A stretch of 63,716 bases of DNA, counting the filler, from Guillardia theta CCMP2712 (lineage: Eukaryota; Protista; Cryptophyta), in NCBI RefSeq assembly GCF_000315625.1. It is 4 parts of 4 records of this genome, joined end to end, with 100 filler letters (N's around TTAATTAATTAA, not from the genome) between each part and the next. Parts side by side here need not be neighbours in the genome. Positions count along the whole stretch, not along the records: positions 31,555 to 58,142 come from NW_005434551.1; positions 58,243 to 62,096 come from NW_005434131.1; positions 62,197 to 63,716 come from NW_005434040.1; 1 more part is not named here. One strand, 5' to 3'. Position numbers and translations under genes: made by a program. The notes beneath the pieces are model-generated. The model did no database searches, was not told the DNA's origin, and saw only the letters and a program-made list of their open reading frames with translations. Below, piece after piece: positions 52,533 through 63,716 of this stretch (position 1 is the stretch's first letter; each line of letters opens with the position of its first letter).

Positions 52533-55500
52533 AAGTCACTGTCAAGTTGTCATGGTTTCGAAACGATCATTCAGCATTGCGGGAGTTTTACCTCCATCAA
52601 AGCCCGAGTGTGACTGGGTCGCAATAGCTGCATTTTCCCCGACATTGCGTAACCGTCCCGATGACCCCCTACCCCAACAAGACCATCCATTCCTGCATCC
52701 ATTCACCCCTCCCTCTACAGCCAAGTCTCCGGCCCGCCTCATCGATTTTTAAAACTTTTTATCCGTTCCTGGACTTGTTATTGCTAGCTAGGCGGCCCAG
52801 TGCAGCACTGTGATCATCATGGCATCGCCCATCATGGCATCATCGGCGACCAAAGCTGCACACGGCTTATGATCTTGAAATCTATGTCTATGAATCACAA
52901 TTCCTTTATGATTCTCTTGCGTATTGTGCCTGGTTTCAATTTCTCTCATTTCTGGTGTGATTTCCTTTGTTTGCATATTTATGGACCAAAACTAGGAAGA
53001 AAACATTTTCAACCATCCAAAAGAAGCACATGCAAAGCTTCACGGGCTTCGACAACATCAAATGCTTCAAGTTTGCATTCCAAAATCAATCAGTTGATCA
53101 CGCCTCCGACACAATTATGCTTGTTTTACATCATTGAACGTTACACACATATACACATTGAATGAGAAAATTCTGAATCTAAGTAATAGAAGATTTGATC
53201 ATCATTGTATTCTAGACGTTTGTGCTGACAGTTCGTGATGAATTACGTGCGCAAATTCATGATTGGGAAGGGGTGTCGTAAATCTTGCTAGTCAGGACTT
53301 TCGAGGATTACAAAACAAATTGTAAATTTCCTTCTACAGCACTAACTCGAGCATTCTTCCGGCACGGCAGCTCAAGCCATCTTTGAACCAACTGTCCATT
53401 GAAGGCGTGTCCATCGTAGACCAAAACATCCAAGACTTGAACGCTCCCCGTAAAATCTTCCCAAACACCCCATCAAAACATGGAAAAATTAGCATTTGCT
53501 GTCAATATGCTGATTTCGATCGCTTAAAACAACAGTAAAACAGCTCTGACGAACTAGTCTACGCAATCTGAAGTTCGATTGAGTACCTGGCATGATTCAA
53601 TGAGAGTCAAGTCCTTTATACAACCGTTTCATACTTGTAAGCACTTTCATAAATCATGTTGTTTCGACAGCACAACCTTTTCAATAACAAAACGACAATT
53701 TCCCAGATTGTGTCATCTTACAATTGTCCTATCTCAGCCATGGATGGGTCTCTGCTTGTGCGGTTTTCGTGGACGGAATGTGCCTGTAGACCCGGCCGGT
53801 TTTCAGACCCTCATACAGCATCATCTGCCCCCAATCAGCTAAAAGATAGCACCAGACCACAGTGCGTTTTCAAATTTCGAAATTACCTGGTATATTTTCA
53901 AGGCAAAAGGAGAAATATTGCACTACCCCCAGTTTATTTTCACCACCACCTGGCACGAACCGCTGAAACCTCATATGAGACACATGGGATACGTACATAT
54001 ATTAATACACGAAAAGACGTTTTTTCTGTATCTCAGCCCCCGAGATCGAGTTCTTAAAACATTGTTTAAAAGGACAGTTGACCCATCCCTGACACGATGC
54101 CAATAAGACCAGGTAGGGGTGTTCATACCAGGGGTACTGATTTCAATCAGTACAGAAAAGGGGGTCTTTTGTATATATTAGACGGGTGATATTCGACCAA
54201 AACCTTAACTGTGGCGGCAAGTTGGAAAATCGGGGGGTGGGCTGTTGTCCTCAATTGGTTTCGTCGTGGGGCGTACTTTTATGATTTTACTTTTAATATT
54301 TGTGTTACTTCTTAAAAATTAACTAAAATGTTATTCCCCCGGCCCCTGGGCGGAGAGATGGGTAGGGGGTGTTCTGCAACCCCAAAGGGGTGGGTGGTCG
54401 TTATGATACAAATTATTGGGTAGGTGGGTAGTTTCTGTGATATGGGTACATTTATGCTTGAAACCCTTTTCTTTGACCTGGTAGGGTCCTATGCAGTTGC
54501 AGCCCATTGTGGGGTCATTGTATGGTAGGGTAGGGTGAAGAGATAGCGATGATCGTTGTGACCCCCAAAAGTTTGTGGGGTTAACGCGGCGATGAGCGAA
54601 AGTTGGGTTAGAGCAGTAACGAGCATGCACTGTTTGAGGATTGGAGAAGAGGGAGTGAGCGGTAGCAATGTCCATGAAGGAAACAAGGCGAGTTGACGAT
54701 GATGACGACAAGAACATGGAGGAGGAGAAGGAGGAGCGTAGGTGGAGACAACACGCAAGGGTCCTTGCCGGCCAGTGTCAGATCTTGAGCCAAGGTCAAC
54801 AAAGCCATATAGTTTGAGTAGGAGGCGGGTAGTGCGGACTATGATAAACTTTCACTTGCTGGCATGTTGTGATGGGCTTGACCAATTCAAACTGGAGGAA
54901 GGTGACTGATTGACACGGGGGATGATGTATGAGGCAGAAAGTAAAAAAATACGTTGAAGGAGGGAAATTTAGCATGGTATGCACATTGTGAGGAGATTGA
55001 TGCCATGCTTCTGGAAAATGAATTGATACAAAAGGATTCATTGAAATTGCAATATGGGAGAGATTCCACTGTTGCTGAGCTCGTTTACCCTTGGGTCGAC
55101 GTTGCTCTTGTTACCAGGGGTTATGTGATGGATTTGCTGCGAAATCAAAGAGCATAATCGAGATGGAAACTTGTCTCCTCACCTGAAATTACTGTTTACA
55201 GATGTCAATCCATGTCTTTACCTGCATGCTCATCATGATGTGTCCCATGTCAAGTTCGAATGCCGTCATGCTGCGTGGCTTGCGAATCGCAGAGACTTCT
55301 ACGTAAGTACAAGCTCGCTCGCTGCGAACACATGTCTCGCCACCTTCTCTCCGCTGGATTGTCTGTGAGATTGTGAATTCCGTCATGGCAGGGCCTTTGT
55401 GGGACAGCCGCTGGGGATGGGAGGCTCGAGGAAGCTCGAAGCATGCAAGACTTCACTTCCACTATCAAGTCTAAGGCCGTCAGCAACTAGAAGGTCAGAA

Positions 55501-56563
55501 GGTCAGAGTGCAATCGATCAGCCTAGAGATACCGAAGGTTGGTTCTGCTCTCTTCCTGCTCTCTTCACCTTGCAGTGCTGAGGATTAGCATGCAGATCGT
55601 GGATCACCTGTTCAAAAGGACGTTGTGATCTTTCCATCTCGACTCGGAAGCTTTGGAGCGGCGAAAGATGGCACCGTGGCAAGGGAAGAGAAGCTGGTGA
55701 AAGTGGCGGACAGACTTGCGTCAAGAGCACGATCGTTGGAGTTGAAAGGCAGGTCATTAGAGCTCAAGGCAAAGAGTTTGGAGGCAAAAGGGAGCAAGCG
55801 ACGAGCCATGTGGCTTCAGTGGTTGGCAACGACATTCGACGGTGACGGCGACATGTTTTGATGTAGAGACTGACAAGGACATTAGGAATGGCTGCCATCG
55901 CATCGCTTGCGTCATGGGGAGCTGGTAAGTTGATGCTGTTGCGGTGACCTGAACCTGACATGTTGGCGTTTCAGCCCTGGTGGCTATCTGCCTGTTGGAT
56001 ATCTCCCTCCCAGTCTTCTTGAATCTGACACTGTTGGTCATGGGAACTGTAAGATCTGTTCTCGTGCGCTGCATCCTCGTCACACATGGTGGGGATAGGT
56101 GATCTGCATGGCGGGAGGGCTAGCAGTGGGAGCATCGGCTGCAGTAGGTCTGTCGATCCCGTTGCCCTCCGCTGCTTGTTGCTGAGTTGGCATGCAGGCC
56201 TTCTTGCTGTTATCCAACAAGTGCAGAATGCAAAATCGAACATTCCAGCTTCTGATAAGGACATGTTTTGGTCTTAGATCTGTGTGCTTTGAACTCAACG
56301 AGCCTACGGTGTAAATGTAATCAGCGATTGATATGTAATGAAGTGTACTCTTAATAGGCCGGCGCACATGGCAGATTTTTTATCCTATCCTCTCGTTTCC
56401 TATGTTGTCCAAGCCGCTCGCTGCTCCTATGTCATCGTCCGACTTTTTTCTGAAGGCTCCAACCGCGATCTTTCGCCCTCCTGCACTTCATGAGCACAAG
56501 GAAAGGAGTGAAGGAGAAGTAGGAGAGAGGAAGAGAATTAGTAGGAGGGTTAGAGTAGGAGGG

Positions 56564-58020
56564 TTAGGGAGAAGGTCGGGGAGAGAGGGTCAAGTGAAGG
56601 AGGACTGACTTGAGGATGTCGAACTTGTTCATCTTCTGCTTCTCCTCCTCCTTCTCGCCCTCGTCTCTCCTTCTCACGTCATCTCCTTCAATGCTCTGGT
56701 TGTCCGCATGTGCCATGACAGCAGCAGTCTCTGACAGAGATCCTTCTCCTCCTCTCTCCGAAACATCCAAGTTGTCGCGCTGTAAAGTTTGCTCCTCCTC
56801 GTCCTGCTCCTCCTCATCTTCCTCCGTACGCTCCTTCTTCCCCTCAGCCATCTCCTCTGTCCTCTTACTCCTCAATACATCCTTCCATTCTGTCGAATCT
56901 CTCTGCTGGCTTTCCCCCTCTTCCACCTCAGCATCAGAAAGAACCGTCTCATCCTTGTCTTGATCTCCCACGGTCTCCTCGCTATCCTTTCGTTTCCTCT
57001 CGCGCTCCTCCTCACCTCCTCTCTCTCTTCCCTCATCCTGGAGCATGTGCTGATCGTTTTGTCTTTCTTTGACCTCCCAGCCCTCCTGTCCGCCATTGCA
57101 CTTCCCCTCCTCCCTAGAAGCGTCAGAGTCAGAGAAGTCCAGGAGCTTCAGGTCCGCGATCTTCGATTGCAACGAGGCGATCTGGGCAACAGGGCATGTC
57201 AGGCACTTGCGGGACAGCAAGACGAAGATCCTCTCACTTGCGATATCAACTCCTTGCTGCTCTTGCCTTGCTGTACTTGCAGATGTCAGTAAAGATAGAC
57301 AGACGTGAAGGTTTCCTTCCCACCTTGCTTGCCATTTCCAGCTTCAGCTGTTCGATCTCCTGCATCAAGAAGCTCATCTCTGCTGCAATCTGATCGTCCT
57401 CCTCGTCCAAGATCGTAGAAATGTCGTCCCATGCTGTGCTTGTCATCGAACTGACATCTCCTATCTCGCTCGTGTAGTCCTCTGCCTCGCTCATCTCCTG
57501 CTCCTCGCCCTGATAGTATACCCGACGACGTCTGAATTCTTCTCCTCCGCTTCCACCTTCCTCGATACTTTCTGCTCCTCCCGTAGCATAAGAAGGGAGC
57601 TCCTCCTCTTTCTCCTCCTCCTCCTCCTCCTCCCTCCTATCAAAGTTTCCCTGCCCATCTTCCATTTCCATCTGCAGCCACCCTTCATTCTCCACCTTCG
57701 CTTCCTCTTCCTCGCCACTTTCTTGTGCTCGCTGTTCTTCGCCTCCGCCTGCCACATCTTCATCCCCTCCTACTGCCTCGCCGCTTTCTTCATTATCGCC
57801 ATGGTCTACATAAGAATCTTCTTGTTTCCTCGTCGAAGTAGACAAAGTTTGCTCCCCGTCTTCTCTCAGCGTCTCGAGTGACCTCCCTTGCGCTCTCCTT
57901 CGCTTGTACCATGCAGCTCTCGCGGCAACGACTGACGAAGGAGTAGTTGGTCGGTTGAGCTGACTTGGAGGAGGAGAGTGCTTCTCGGGTGGAACCTCAG
58001 CCAGTAGGGAACGAGCCTGA
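56564..58020 (-). CDS. Acidic, low-complexity/coiled-coil hypothetical protein (multi-exon, ends uncertain)
   Basis: Two long E/D-rich ORFs (57246..58070 and 56564..57220) linked by short intron-like segments. Confidence 0.55.
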
Positions 58021-61000
58021 GAGACGTTGAGGAGGAGAAAGCAGGAGAATGAAATGAGGAATAGAAGCAAGATTATGATTAAGAACGAATGAGCTTGGAG
58101 GGAGGGAGGGAGGGGAGGGGAGGGGAGGGGAGGGGAGGGAGGNNNNNNNNNNNNNNNNNNNNNNNNNNNNNNNNNNNNNNNNNNNNTTAATTAATTAANN
58201 NNNNNNNNNNNNNNNNNNNNNNNNNNNNNNNNNNNNNNNNNNGAAATTTAGTATAGCCATTTCACTGCATGTCGGAGCGCTACAGTTCGTGGTCCCACTT
58301 CCCCTCGGATGGTCCCCGGCATAGCAACATTGTTCATTGAAACACAATACGTAGTTGCCACCAATCCCTCTGCCTTTCCTAACCCCCCCCGCCGAGCCTC
58401 TCCTCCGATCTCAAAACCTTTTTCTCCCATTTCTTTCCTCCAAGCACCCGATAGCCTACCCTGTCCTGGATGTCCGACAAGACCTGATCCACATTTTCCT
58501 TCCCCTCGCTTCCCTATTCTTCCCCTCCCCTCCCCTCTATTCTATCATTGCTTCGATTCCCTGCTTTGAGTTTCCACCCTCCCAGGCACGGTTGCATTTG
58601 ACCACAACGGTTCTGCCTTGAAACAATAACGGTGCAACAGTCATCTTCAACGTCTATAAAACGAATATTTGTACTGTCATGTTCGAAGAGATCTCCTTTT
58701 CGTTTGCCCACGTCGCAAATATCGAGACTTTTCGGTGTCACATCCGAACATATCTCAACTACCAAGGGGTGGGTGGTACAAAGGATAAGATGGGGTGGGG
58801 GGCGGCAGGTGTAGTAAATTTACCTCGGAGTCTGTTGCTTGCTTACTTGTAAAACATCTACTTTTATAGCGGCAGGTGTAGATCTATTATTATATTTTGC
58901 AACATCTATGACTGTTCTCAAAGGGGGTGGGGGGTGGGGGGGGGGTGGTAGCATTTCTCAAATTCCGGCGATGAACGGTGGTTACAACTTGAAAATTTAG
59001 CCTCAAGTTTGGAATATGTGTGGTGAATTTTCCGAATTTGGGAAGAAGATCTTTACCACACATTGGTCAAGAAGTTATACCTCTCCGGGGGTAGGGTGTC
59101 AATTCGAGTAAGGTAGGGTCATCCGAACCGTGAGAATGATTGGGTACTTTCCTATCACAAAATCTTTTTTTGGAGGGTGGTAAAGGGCCATTAGGGGGTG
59201 GGGTACTGATATTTGGGGGTAGTGAATATGGGAGTTGCAAGAGATAGATACATAGTGAAAGGGCCGGATGTAAACGAATCCCATGAAATTTAGGGGGTGG
59301 GGGTACTTCAGGAGGTCTAAGAAGGGGTACTTTGCACGGGTAAATTGAGGGTTCAGCATTCAATAGTTCAAATAAAAGGGGTAGGGCGGCCTTTTATCTG
59401 AGGCACGCCATTGAAATGACCACCCCCCGAGATAATACCCCACCCAAATACTCAGGGGTAAGTCAATACAGTACTAATTTGTGTTTATCACCCCTTCTTT
59501 TCCCTACCCCTCCAAGATAACCCCACCCCCTAGCTTTAAATATTCCCCAGGGTTTTTTATCGCACCCTTCCGGTCCCACATATCCATTTGAAGGGTACCC
59601 CACCACCTCTTAATGGACCCATCGGGTTAAGACCCCTTTGTTGGTACCCCTACCCGAATTTTTCCAATTCAAATCCCCAAAAAGGACCCCATCTTTCGAT
59701 GATTTAAGTACCCTACCCCCTAATATCTCTTCAAAACAACCCTACCCAAGCATTCTACATAAGGCTCGCACACCATGACCCTGACTATCATGAACCCCAC
59801 CATTTGACTTCTTCGATGGGGGTCAGGGGTAGTCAAGTACTGCAGCAGCAGCTGCTGCTGCTGCTCTGTTCCCTTCCCTTCTCTTCGCGCTCAGACTTGA
59901 TCCTCTCCTCTCCTCTCCTCTCCCTCCCTTCGCCCTCTACTCTCCTGCTCTCTTTTCTCTCCACTCTGATCTCGATCTGGTCCTCTACCTTGACCTCCTT
60001 ACTGCCTTTCTCACTTGCCAAGGTCCTTCCTCTTGGGTTTCGATCCTTTGGCCACCAACCCTTTGCTGCTGACTGCCCCTTCAGTTCTCTCTTCAAGTCT
60101 ATAGAGGTTGGTCTTCCCTTGAGATATCAGCGAAGCTTCTTGTCTCAATCTTACCATCATCTGCTGTTCCTTGGGGTCTTGAGGTGGTTTGTATGCTCGA
60201 AGTCATCGCCAGCTTTTGATCTCGCTTGACCTTGCAATCGGGAGGTTGAAGTTTGTCTTCTGCGATCTCGTTTGCAGACCTCTTTCTACATTCATCAGCT
60301 CCTTCCACAACCTCTTGTCTCTAGCACTCTCTCCGGTACAAGATCCGAGGTACTTTCTGCTGATCATTCAAGGGAGTAGAAGCGGATCCGAGAGGGCGAG
60401 TTGGAGGGGCTGATTCTCCTGCTGGGTTGAAGTCTCGAAAGAAATCATCCATTGCGATCCTTCAGCGCCTCGGTAAGGAGCGGCAGTGATGTCGCAGCCA
60501 GGTGTCGATCCGAAGGCGACATTTGCCAAGTTCAGGAAATTCTCCTCAGCCTCATGCAGTGCGCTACCGGCTCCTAACACCAGCAACTCTCCGTCCTCCC
60601 CTAGCCGACATGTGATGAATGGAGCGAAGATAGTGAAGTTTTGCCGGAGACCGTCGCTGCCGGACCTGTCGACTTACTACCTGGAGATGCCGGAGTTCGG
60701 GGTGGACGACGAGAAATGGAGCTCGTTCTCGTTGCATAAGAAGATTCAGCTGAAGAATCTGGCGAACTCGATCAAGTTCGTAGAGAAGAAGATAGAGGAG
60801 AAGGATGGGAGGGAGCTGGCATCGTTGCCGGAGGTAGAGCAGATTCAGGAGGTCGGGTGCGAGATAGCGTACTCTGTTGATAATTAGGTGTTCCATGTAC
60901 AATATTCTTAAAGTCTTTAAAGCTTGCTCTGAAGCAGACGACGCCTGCGCAATAAATAGACGAGGAAGATTGACCCAGCTCTTGCTCGTACCCTGACACT

Positions 61001-62197
61001 CTTGCCTCCTACAAGAACACAGGGGTTAGTAGTCTCCTACTGTGCTGGTTGCTTGAAACGTGCTTAGCACAATGTTGTTTCAGACGACAGGTCGAGAATG
61101 ATGGCTGAAACAACCTGCTGCTCGGTCCTACAGCTCTTGCGCCTGCCCCTGCATCCTTCAGCTACTCCTGTTTGTCTTGACTCTTGCTCCTCCTGCTCCT
61201 GCTCCTGTTTCTGCCCCTCTGATTTTTCTCATTCAAAACGTGCGAGTATTAAAAACGTTCTACTCGCACATCACATACTGCCTCCTTCACTTCCTCGCTC
61301 CCTCCCCTCCTCCCCTTCGTCCCTCGCTCGCTCCCTCTCTCGCTCCCTCGCTCCCCCTCTCCCTCCCTCGCTCCTGCACCTATCAAATCTGAAAACTGCC
61401 AGTCAAACCGACAAATTTGTTGAAAATGGCGGGGGGTGAGGTGGGAGGAAGGATGGCGGAGGAAGAACAACATGAGGAGGGAGGGAGAGAATGAGGAGAG
61501 GAGGAGAAGAGGAGAGGAGGAGAGGAGGAGAGGAGATGTAGAGAGGGAGAGGGGAAGGGACAGCAGAGGGTCTCAGAAGAAGTGGATGAGGCCAGCAGAG
61601 ACAAGGGATAGGGGCATGACATGGGATAAGAGATGCAAGGGATAGGTGGGGAAGAGGTTGAAATGATGTAAGAGCTTCAGAGTGGCGCTGATGCTACAAG
61701 TTGATGTAGTAGGAAGAGGAGGAGAAGCAGGAGCAGGAGCAGGAGCAGGAGCAGAGGCAGGAGCAGAGGCAGGAGCAGGAGCAGGAGCAGGAGCAGAAGC
61801 AGGAGGAGAAGCAGGAGCAGGAGCAGGAGTTGCATTACGGTCAGCAGCAGCAGCATTAGGACTGAAGCATGGAGGCAGCAGGGCCAAGAGATCTTCTCTT
61901 AAGCGTCTCCTCATGGAGACTGGCGGGGGTCACTGAGAGACTTTACGGGAGAGCTCAGAGCCGAGCTGCAGGTGAGAGGGGGAGAGGAGGAGGAGGAGGA
62001 GGAGGAGGAGAAGTACGGGAAGGAGTACGGGAAGGAGGAGGAGGAGGAGGAGGAGGAGGAGGAGGAGGAGGAGGAGGAGGAGGAGGAGGAGGAGGGNNNN
62101 NNNNNNNNNNNNNNNNNNNNNNNNNNNNNNNNNNNNNNNNTTAATTAATTAANNNNNNNNNNNNNNNNNNNNNNNNNNNNNNNNNNNNNNNNNNNNC

Positions 62198-63350
62198 TCG
62201 ACTCCCTTTCCCTCCTACTTCCCTCAGCCCTTCTCTCTCCGCGCCCCTCCCCTCCCCTCCCCTCCCCCCTCCCCTCCCTCCCCTCCTCCCCTCCCCTCCT
62301 CCTATGGTTCATCTTCTACACGAGCTCATGCTCACCGCAACATTGAAGGGTAGGGATCCGACACCAACAGCAGATCTGCTCGGCCACGTCAGGAGGAGGA
62401 AGCTGCAGTTGCGGGCAGAACAATGCAGAAGCGACAGGAGCAAGAGGGCCTCGCAAGGAGAGAGAGGAGGGGAGAGGAGGGGAACGGAGATGTTCGGAGG
62501 AGATAGGAGGATGGAGGAAGTCGAGGGTAGAGAGGGCAGAGGAGCAGCAAGGCAGGAGCAGGAGAGCAGGGAATCGAGACCGAGCATGGCGTCCCTTGTC
62601 TTGGAACGCAGCGACCATGAGGTCGGAAGCTCCGTTGACAACTTTCGGATGGTCCTGAAAGTCAGGGGCAGCGTTGACGAAGCCGACGAGCTTGACAATG
62701 CGCTCGACTCGTGAGAGATCGCCGCCGCATGCTTGCTTGATCTGAGGGAGGGCAGGAGTGAGCTGTGAGCTGAGGGCAAGGAAGACACGAAGGGGAGGGA
62801 AGCAAACAAGATTTGAGGAGGGAGAGGAGGGAAATCAGGGCGAGAGGGGGAGGAGGATCAAGCATTTTCTCAAGGCGTTTTGGGCTTCAACGACACGAAA
62901 ACAAGCACAGAAGCTCTGAGTTTCATCAATGAGCAAGAACACGAGGAGAAGAGACGCTGATGATCAAAACAGCATGAACAGCATGAACAAGAAATAAACC
63001 AGGGAGGATTCCACGGGAGCATTGTGCTTGCCTGGCTGATCACGTTCACTGCGCACAATTTCGCGCACTCGTACCCCTCTTCGACTGAATACTCTTTCCC
63101 GCACTTTCCCTACCATATCCTGACTGGTCATGAAGATGCCGAAACAGCACACCTCTACTCACTACAAACATCATCTTCCCGTCCTTCACAGGGACTTGGC
63201 CGCTGATATAAACCATGTCATCAACCTACCAAACCTCCTCATTAGTTCGAACTTGAGCTCTTCTGCCCTGAGCTCTTCTGCCCTCACCTGGGTATACGGG
63301 ACGTAGTTCGCTGCTGGCGCCGACGCCTGAGCTGGAAGCTGCAGCATTAC
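62198..63350 (-). CDS. RidA/YjgF/YER057c/UK114 superfamily protein (multi-exon)
   Basis: LQLPAQASAPAANYVPYTQ (~63290-63345), QIKQACGGDLSRVERIVKLVGFVNAAPDFQDHPKVVNGASDLMVAAFQDKGRHAR (~62582-62745) and SAVGVGSLPFNVA (~62336-62374). Confidence 0.85.
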
Positions 63351-63716
63351 AAGTCACCCGGGCGATTTTCCTGTCTAACTCTCCTCCTGCAACATCCTAT
63401 ACCTCATGGTCGAGGTTTCCCCTGCTTTGCCCAGCTTCCTCCCTCCCCGTCCCAGCCCCTCCATCCCATGTCTCTCATTTGTTCTCTCTCACTTACACTA
63501 GTCTTATCGTTTATTCTCTCTTCTGTCTCAAGATTTTGTTATGTCCCCTTATGCTCTTTCTCGCTTCCTTGCTGCTCCACTTCCTTGACCTCTTCTCTTA
63601 TCCAACTCCTACCTTATACCATGCTATCACATCCCTACATCTCATCTCCTCCTCTCCTACCAGTTCTCTCCTCTCCTCCTCCTCCTCCTCCTCCTCCTCC
63701 TCCTCCTCCTCCTCCT

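Noticed and set aside
52328-52752. Poly-T, poly-V, (CG)n and (NH)n ORFs
   Set aside because: They are microsatellite translations.
52800-56340. Scattered protein-like fragments
   Set aside because: Multiple stops in every frame and no recognisable family, so no gene model can be supported.
59833-61010. Gene model for the overlapping ORFs at 60-61 kb
   Set aside because: Strand and frame are ambiguous: a Ser/Pro-rich minus frame with two stops competes with a 133-aa plus ORF, and there is no motif.

Overview
Draft eukaryotic nuclear DNA with many N gaps and three TTAATTAATTAA scaffold linkers. Short GT-AG introns with CTGAC-type branch sites, CT/GA-rich introns and overall gene style suggest a cryptophyte-type alga (inference). 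The left ~42 kb is an accessory, repeat- and transposon-rich region of intron-poor conflict-type genes: an ADP-ribosyltransferase fused to a variable ankyrin array; a 4168-aa single-exon type I membrane protein with phage-structural-like modules and a low-GC internal cassette; a U-box + Tyr-kinase-like pseudokinase + ARM-array gene split by a 25-nt deletion, with an inverted partial copy 20 kb away; a 24-aa helical repeat protein; and a Crinkler/RHS-type coiled-coil + P-loop NTPase + restriction-endonuclease-fold gene, partly duplicated together with a decayed piggyBac-like transposase. MITE-like elements, minisatellites and captured gene fragments lie between them. A multi-exon PDZ gene and a CDGSH fragment also sit here. 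The right ~20 kb is mostly ordinary housekeeping genes: a formate/nitrite transporter fused to EF-hands, an MFS sugar porter, a cyclophilin and a RidA-family gene. The best candidate for an undescribed system is a defence-island-like cluster of 'effector domain + shuffled repeat sensor' genes around a giant surface protein with an apparently exchangeable tip. All family calls come from motif recognition by eye; no searches were run.
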